Assembly (NCBI GenBank): GCA_964187785.1
Contig: OZ076419.1
Location: forward strand, 32,116,001 to 32,180,000
DNA length: 64,000 nt
Source: Amphiscolops sp. MND2022
Lineage: Eukaryota
Direction: 5' to 3'
In this document: piece after piece, positions 58,801 through 64,000 of the stretch
Numbering within the stretch: position 1 is the stretch's first letter
Layout of the letters: every line of letters starts with the position of its first letter
Notes under the pieces: model-generated
What the model was told of the DNA's origin: nothing
The model's database searches: none
Seen by the model: the letters and a program-made list of their open reading frames with translations, nothing else
Position numbers and translations under genes: made by a program

Positions 58801-59350
58801 AAGCCCCACAGGCCAAGTGCAATTACTGCGGGAGAAAGGGACAACTTGAAAGAGTCTGCAACCAGAAGAAAAAGGATTCTAATCTGAAAGCCGGCAAGAG
58901 TAGAGGAATTGGCAAAAGAGTATAAAGAGTCGATCCAGGAGAATGTTTGCGTAGAAGGCGAAGAGGACTATACGGTGCTGAAAATGGATTCAGACAAGGA
59001 TAACTCCAAACAATACTACATGGAGGGATTTATAAACGGCAATAAATTCAAAGCCATGATAGACACCGGCTCCCCAGTAACCATCTTTGAACTGGAAAAA
59101 ATAAAGCAAATAATGAAACGAGAGAAATTACAAGTTACAAGTACGCCCAATGATCGAAGCTGAAAGATATGTTGACTTCAACGGAAAACCACTCAAATTA
59201 TTGGGATATGTGTTTTGCGAACTACAAGTGAACGAGTGTTTCGTAATGAAGGCCAAAATTCGCCTTGCAAAAAACAGAACGAAGTCGATCATTGGTAGAG
59301 AGTGGCTATCAACACTGCGATATAAACTGGTCCCAGAAGGTGAGTTGAAA
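52808..59350 (+). pseudogene. gag: Five tandem PBS-gag-protease cassettes (PBS at 52809, 54151, 55489, 56695, 58034), all disrupted
   Basis: Each repeats MALRAE..., ARCDFGDQT, CNYCGRKGHLERVC and FKAMIDTGSPV; unit lengths 1342, 1338, 1206 and 1339. Confidence 0.92.
52809..52821 (+). other. Primer-binding site of element C, tRNA-Ser-like
   Basis: TGGCGCTGCGAGC; close to the tRNA-Ser(CGA)-type PBS TGGCGCTGTGAGC (recalled). Confidence 0.75.
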
Positions 59351-62300
59351 GTGAAAGCAATAGAAAAAGAAATCGAGCTAAGTGCAGAAACTAAGCAGAT
59401 CATATAAGAATTTCCAAAACTAATTGAAAGAAAAGGAAAGATAAAAAACCATCCAGTGAGAATAAATTTCAAACCGGATGCAAAAATAACGCAACAAAGA
59501 GGGAAAAGAATCCCTATTTAGTTGCAATAGTCCGTAGACATGGAAATTGGCAGATTGCTAAAAGAGGGCCATATCCAAAAAATCGTTGAAAAAAATGACG
59601 TTTCCATTCATGCAACAGTGATAACCGTGAAAAAGGACCGTTCGGGAAAAATAGCGCTAGAAGCGAGAGCCCTTAACCAAGCAATAGAAAAGGACAAATA
59701 CCAAAGGCCAAACCTAGAAAATTTACTAGATATGGTTGCAGAAAAGTAAGATACAGAAAAAGGGAAGGGCATGGTTTTCATTGGTCGATATGACATACGC
59801 TTACGATCATGTTCCCTGCATCTACTGACCGCCAAACATTGTATTTTTCAAATTATTGCAGGTGAATCAACAAGAACGTATGGGTTTGTTGCGGGAGTTT
59901 ATGGTCTGTCGGTTTTGCCGACAGAATTTCAAAAAGTGATCGATATCTTACTAGCGAAATTTAGAGAATTGTTTGTGTTTATGAACGATAATTTAATTGT
60001 AACTAAGAGAACCAAGGATGAACATCTGGATAAAGTGCGGGAAATTCTGAAAACTCTCGATGACGCAGAAGTACAATTAAAGGCGAGAAAATGTGTATTT
60101 GCGAAGAATGAAATTGAGTGGCTAGGTTTCAAATTGACAGAAAATGGAATTTTGCCAATAAACACAAAAGTGCAGGGAATTACAGACAAATTTAGAGCAT
60201 CAAATTTAAAAGAATTGAGAACCTTTCTGGGCGCAGTGAATCCATTCAATAAAGTCATTCCGGACCTTGCAGTAATATGCTCGCCATTCCGATCTATTCT
60301 ACAGAAAGATGCAACGTGGAGATGGAATGATGAACACGAAAAGGCGTTTATAATGTAAATAATTAAGTAAAGAAAATGGCAGAATTAACGCATTTTAAAC
60401 GGAATAGACCGCTGAGAAGAATTTGCGATGCGAGCAAAAATGGACTAGGGGCGGTACTACAACAGTGCGAGGAAAGCAAATGGAAACCAATTTCCTATGC
60501 GTCCAGATTTTCAACGGAAATAGAGACAAACTATTCAACAAACGAATTAGAATTTTACAGTAGTCTGGTCCGTAAAACATTTTAAAAACTACGTGTATGG
60601 TGTTTCCTTTGGAATAAGTTTTGAACATAAAGCGCTGCAAACTGTCTCAAAGTCTAATAAAGGAAATAAGACATAGTCTAGCCCATTAACGCGTTGGGTC
60701 GATAGACTTCTGTCATTTGATTTTTCAATTCTACATACTCCTAGTAGAACACTAGGAATGGCAGATTATCCATGGAGACATCCGTCGGAACACGAAGGCG
60801 CCGTCGCAAAAGCGGAGGAATTATTTAATGATTGGTTTACTATAAAAGTGGTCGATGAAATTTCACCAGGGCTACCACAATTGGCAGATCAGTGTAAGCC
60901 AATCAGATCGCGAGGAAGCGAGAAAATGAAACGAAAGAACGCCAGCGACGTGTTGACAGTTCATGAGCCTGTGCAAACAATTAAAGCGAGTAAAGAAGTT
61001 GCTAAGGCGCCTATTACCGCAACAATGGCAGAATTCAAAGACCTATCAGATTCTAAAATAATCAATGTCTACGTGAAAGCGGACGCGCAGAACCATCGTA
61101 CAATTCAAAATTCAAAAAACATTCAGGTATTCCAAAACAGGAACAACCCAGTTATTGCCTGTCTTCCCCCTTCGTGGGGGGAAAGATTTAATTCTTTTGC
61201 GGTTGATTCCAACGGCCTCCTTTATATGGATAACCGTCTTGTTATACCAAAAGACATGCGAGAAAACGTCTTACGGGCGATACATTTCGGACATGCGGGA
61301 AGAGATTCCATGTTAAGAGAAGTGGCGGATTTTTGGTGGGGCCGCAACCACAGGGAAATAGTCGAGAAGGCGCGAAACTGCCAGGAATGCCAACTAGCAG
61401 GTAAGAACTTGAAATGTCTAAAATCTCGAAATGAGTTCGGAAAGATAACAGAAGCAACTGAACCGAACAAAGAAATTGCTCTACAATTTGCTGGACCATT
61501 CCAAAATGGGAACACTAAGAAAAGGTACCTGCTAGTTTCTGTAGATAATAAATCAGGGTGGCCTGATGCAATGTTCTTACCAAATCTTAACGGAAAAAGT
61601 GATTGAATTTCTAGTAGAATGTTTTTAAAAAAATACCAAAAAGAATTCGAACAGATCCCGGAACAGTAATTAAAAATGAAAAATTAAAATAACAAAGGTT
61701 TATAGATTATGTAATCTGTCCTGTAAGAGACCATAGGGGAAATGGGAAAGTCGAAAGAACGATACGAACAATAAATGAAAGACTGAGAACGAACAAGTGT
61801 ATCGTAGTGTCGAAAGATAAGAGCTGGATACCAAACATCTTGTTTGCCCTAAGATCAAAAAAAGGGAAGGATGGGAAGTCGGAATTTGTAAAACAAAATG
61901 GAAGAAACCCAAATATTCTAAAATCGCGAATGATTGAAAAATGTATATTAGAGCAAGACCCGAAGATTGAGATAGAACCTGGGGATTTCAGTTACGAGGT
62001 AGACTCCACCTTTCTAGTTGGCGAGAGAGTTCCAGGAACTGAATTGAAAGGAGCGTTCAAGAAGGTGCTAGGCCAACCAAAAAGCAAGATTGTAAAAAAA
62101 TTTGTTATACTGAAGAACAAGACGACGAAGAAGAAAGGGACCGAAGAGAAGAAGCCCAAAACACAACTGCCGTGCAAAAGGAAGAAATCGAAAGCAACCA
62201 AACAGAAGAGAAAACAGATCAAACGGAAGCCCAAAGTGAATAACCGATGTACGAACTTCCAAAACTTCCTGTGAAAGGAACGGTGAAATGGGAGAGACGC

Positions 62301-62550
62301 AGTTCAGAACGGATATTCCAGAAACCTGATCGATGGCGAAACAACGTGATGATAACAAAAATAGAAAAAAAGACTCCCACGATGAAGAAGAAGAAAGCCT
62401 GCCCATTGTTTTTGAAATAAAACCTCCTGCATGCTCCCCTCCCGTGAAAGGGAAGAAAACTTCTAAAGGAAACTCCTCCCTTTTAAAAACAGTTATCGTT
62501 AACAAGTTACTGTGGTAGTCATTAACGATTTGTGTAGTGTATAAATACAC
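59350..62550 (+). pseudogene. pol: Pol remnant of element C (RT, RNase H, integrase), with many frameshifts and stops
   Basis: ALNQAIEKDKYQRPNL, GLSVLPTEFQK, degenerate FMND, WLGF, ICDASKNGLGAVL, AIHFGHAGRD...CQEC, QFAGPF. Confidence 0.9.
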
Positions 62551-62731
62551 AATCGAACTTTTATGTTATTGCTTAACATTATTGCAGGATAGTTGGGTTG
62601 ATAGTACTGTGCCCAGTTAAAGAAAGTGATGTAAACGTAAACGACGAGTCTTACTCGTAAATTGTGAAGTTAATTAAGTACATTCCAGTGATTTTGATAT
62701 TTGTCCATTTTGTTCCCCTTTTTCTCCCAAT

Positions 62732-62742
62732 AGAGAGGGAAG
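62732..62742 (+). other. Polypurine tract of element C
   Basis: AGAGAGGGAAG immediately before the 3' LTR. Confidence 0.9.
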
Positions 62743-62941
62743 TGTGGTAGAGCGCTACATTGTCACCTTCACTAATGTAAAAACAGTTGTGAGAAAATTG
62801 TTACTTACTAACAACCTGCCAAAATAAGCCAAAGTGGCAAAATCAGAATTATAGCCACATACACAAGATACGTTATTCAATACAGTTTACATTCCGTTAC
62901 TGTTTTCACTTCATCTAGCTAGAAATCTTTGAGCTATTGCA
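62743..62941 (+). repeat. 3' LTR of element C
   Basis: About 92% identical to the 5' LTR; followed by the TSD TAGCC. Confidence 0.93.
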
Positions 62942-64000
62942 TAGCCACTAGAGGTTCAGTGCCAATCAATCATTTCATTCATTTCCATTGTCCAGCCTCA
63001 TTTGTACGGGCTTTTCTGTTACTCTAAACCAAAAGCATTTTGCGAATTACCGCGGTAAATTTAAACGCGTTTGGAGTGCATCTGGCCCAACCATTTCAAA
63101 CCGGAGATCACAACTCAGCGCAACGAACTTCAAACATTTTTTTTGTACATGAGAACTACCGATTTGTGAAATGTATGTCACTAGTTTAAAATGTTTTGAA
63201 GATCAACCTTGTTTTCTGTTAGAGAGACACCCCCAGCCGGCTGGGCCACCTTCACCGCCGACCAATTTTGGGGCCAGCCGCCGCGCACCTCTATTAACCA
63301 CTGTAGAATCGGGCACATTTTCTTGCAAAAAGATCAAGAAAAACCGCTATATTAGTCGGCGTCCGATTTCATTAAAAGTGCCCAGTCAAAAATTCAACCT
63401 CATTGTACATTTTTTCTAATTGGAAATGGGAAATTCTTTTACTGGGAATTCTATAAGAATCGTTGGAAAAATGAAAAGAATGCAGGCTACATTTTTCTGA
63501 AAAACTCCGTCAAATGTTTTTGACTGACATATTGCTATTTCTCAAAACGTATTGCAACATGAATTTCGTCAGCTTAAGGAATCGACATGAGAAATCTTGA
63601 CATGTGAATATTTTGCTTACGAGAAACGATTTTTCCACAATTGAACGAAATAGACTTAGCACGGGGTCTCATGATGTTACAAGTAGTCGCTATAAAATGT
63701 CAAAGAAAAGCCACAATTGTGGTGATATTTTGATTCATTTAGCGCCGAATGAAAACGGTTGAACAAACTGATGAAAATGTATTCTTGATATCAGATAATT
63801 TCATTGGGTAAAAGCAGATAACTACAGCGGAAGGAAAATTGGGAAAAATTCAAAACCTCTTGTGACTAAAAGGTAATAAATGGATTAGATGGCTCGTAGG
63901 CAAAAAAAATGAAATGTATCAAAACTCTGAGAGCTACTCGTGTATTTTCCTTAATTTTATCCCATATTTTTTGCTCTTCTTTGTTGTCATCTCTTTCATC

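Larger units (their letters stand above)
52610..62941 (+). mobile_element. Degraded Mag-like Ty3/Gypsy LTR retrotransposon C with fivefold amplified gag-protease
   Basis: 199-bp LTRs (about 15 differences), 5-bp TSD TAGCC, PBS, PPT, two zinc knuckles, DTG protease, degraded RT/RH/IN. Confidence 0.93.

Noticed and set aside
61807-62550. Lys-rich and antisense ORFs at the end of element C as accessory genes
   Set aside because: Frameshifted remains of the integrase C-terminal tail and their shadows.

Overview
Eukaryotic, AT-rich, transposon-dominated DNA, probably from an invertebrate animal; the species cannot be determined and no host gene can be supported. Three Ty3/Gypsy LTR retrotransposons fill about 42 of the 64 kb. 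(1) Element A (window start to 14908, +) is decayed. Gag starts inside its 1042-bp LTR, and a 7.3-kb extra region carries an antisense, multi-intron gene resembling a catalytically dead hAT transposase. (2) Element B (25024-41514, -) looks intact and very recent: 2063-bp LTRs that appear identical, a CAAT target duplication and a UUUAAAC -1 frameshift. Its Pol has a TARG1-type macro domain inserted between protease and RT. A 5.3-kb accessory region holds an intronless TRAF-C/MATH gene, two paralogous orphan ORFs, a UAAUG stop-start junction with an upstream UGGGA, a minisatellite and an antisense spliced gene. (3) Element C (52610-62941, +) is an old Mag-like element with 199-bp LTRs, a TAGCC target duplication and five tandem PBS-gag-protease cassettes. 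The rest contains LTR/Gag N-terminal remnants, a Helentron-type non-autonomous element, a 182-bp near-perfect palindrome and unclassified repeats. The best candidate for an undescribed system is this set of large Gypsy elements with virus-like accessory genes. All domain calls come from motif recognition by eye; no database searches were run.
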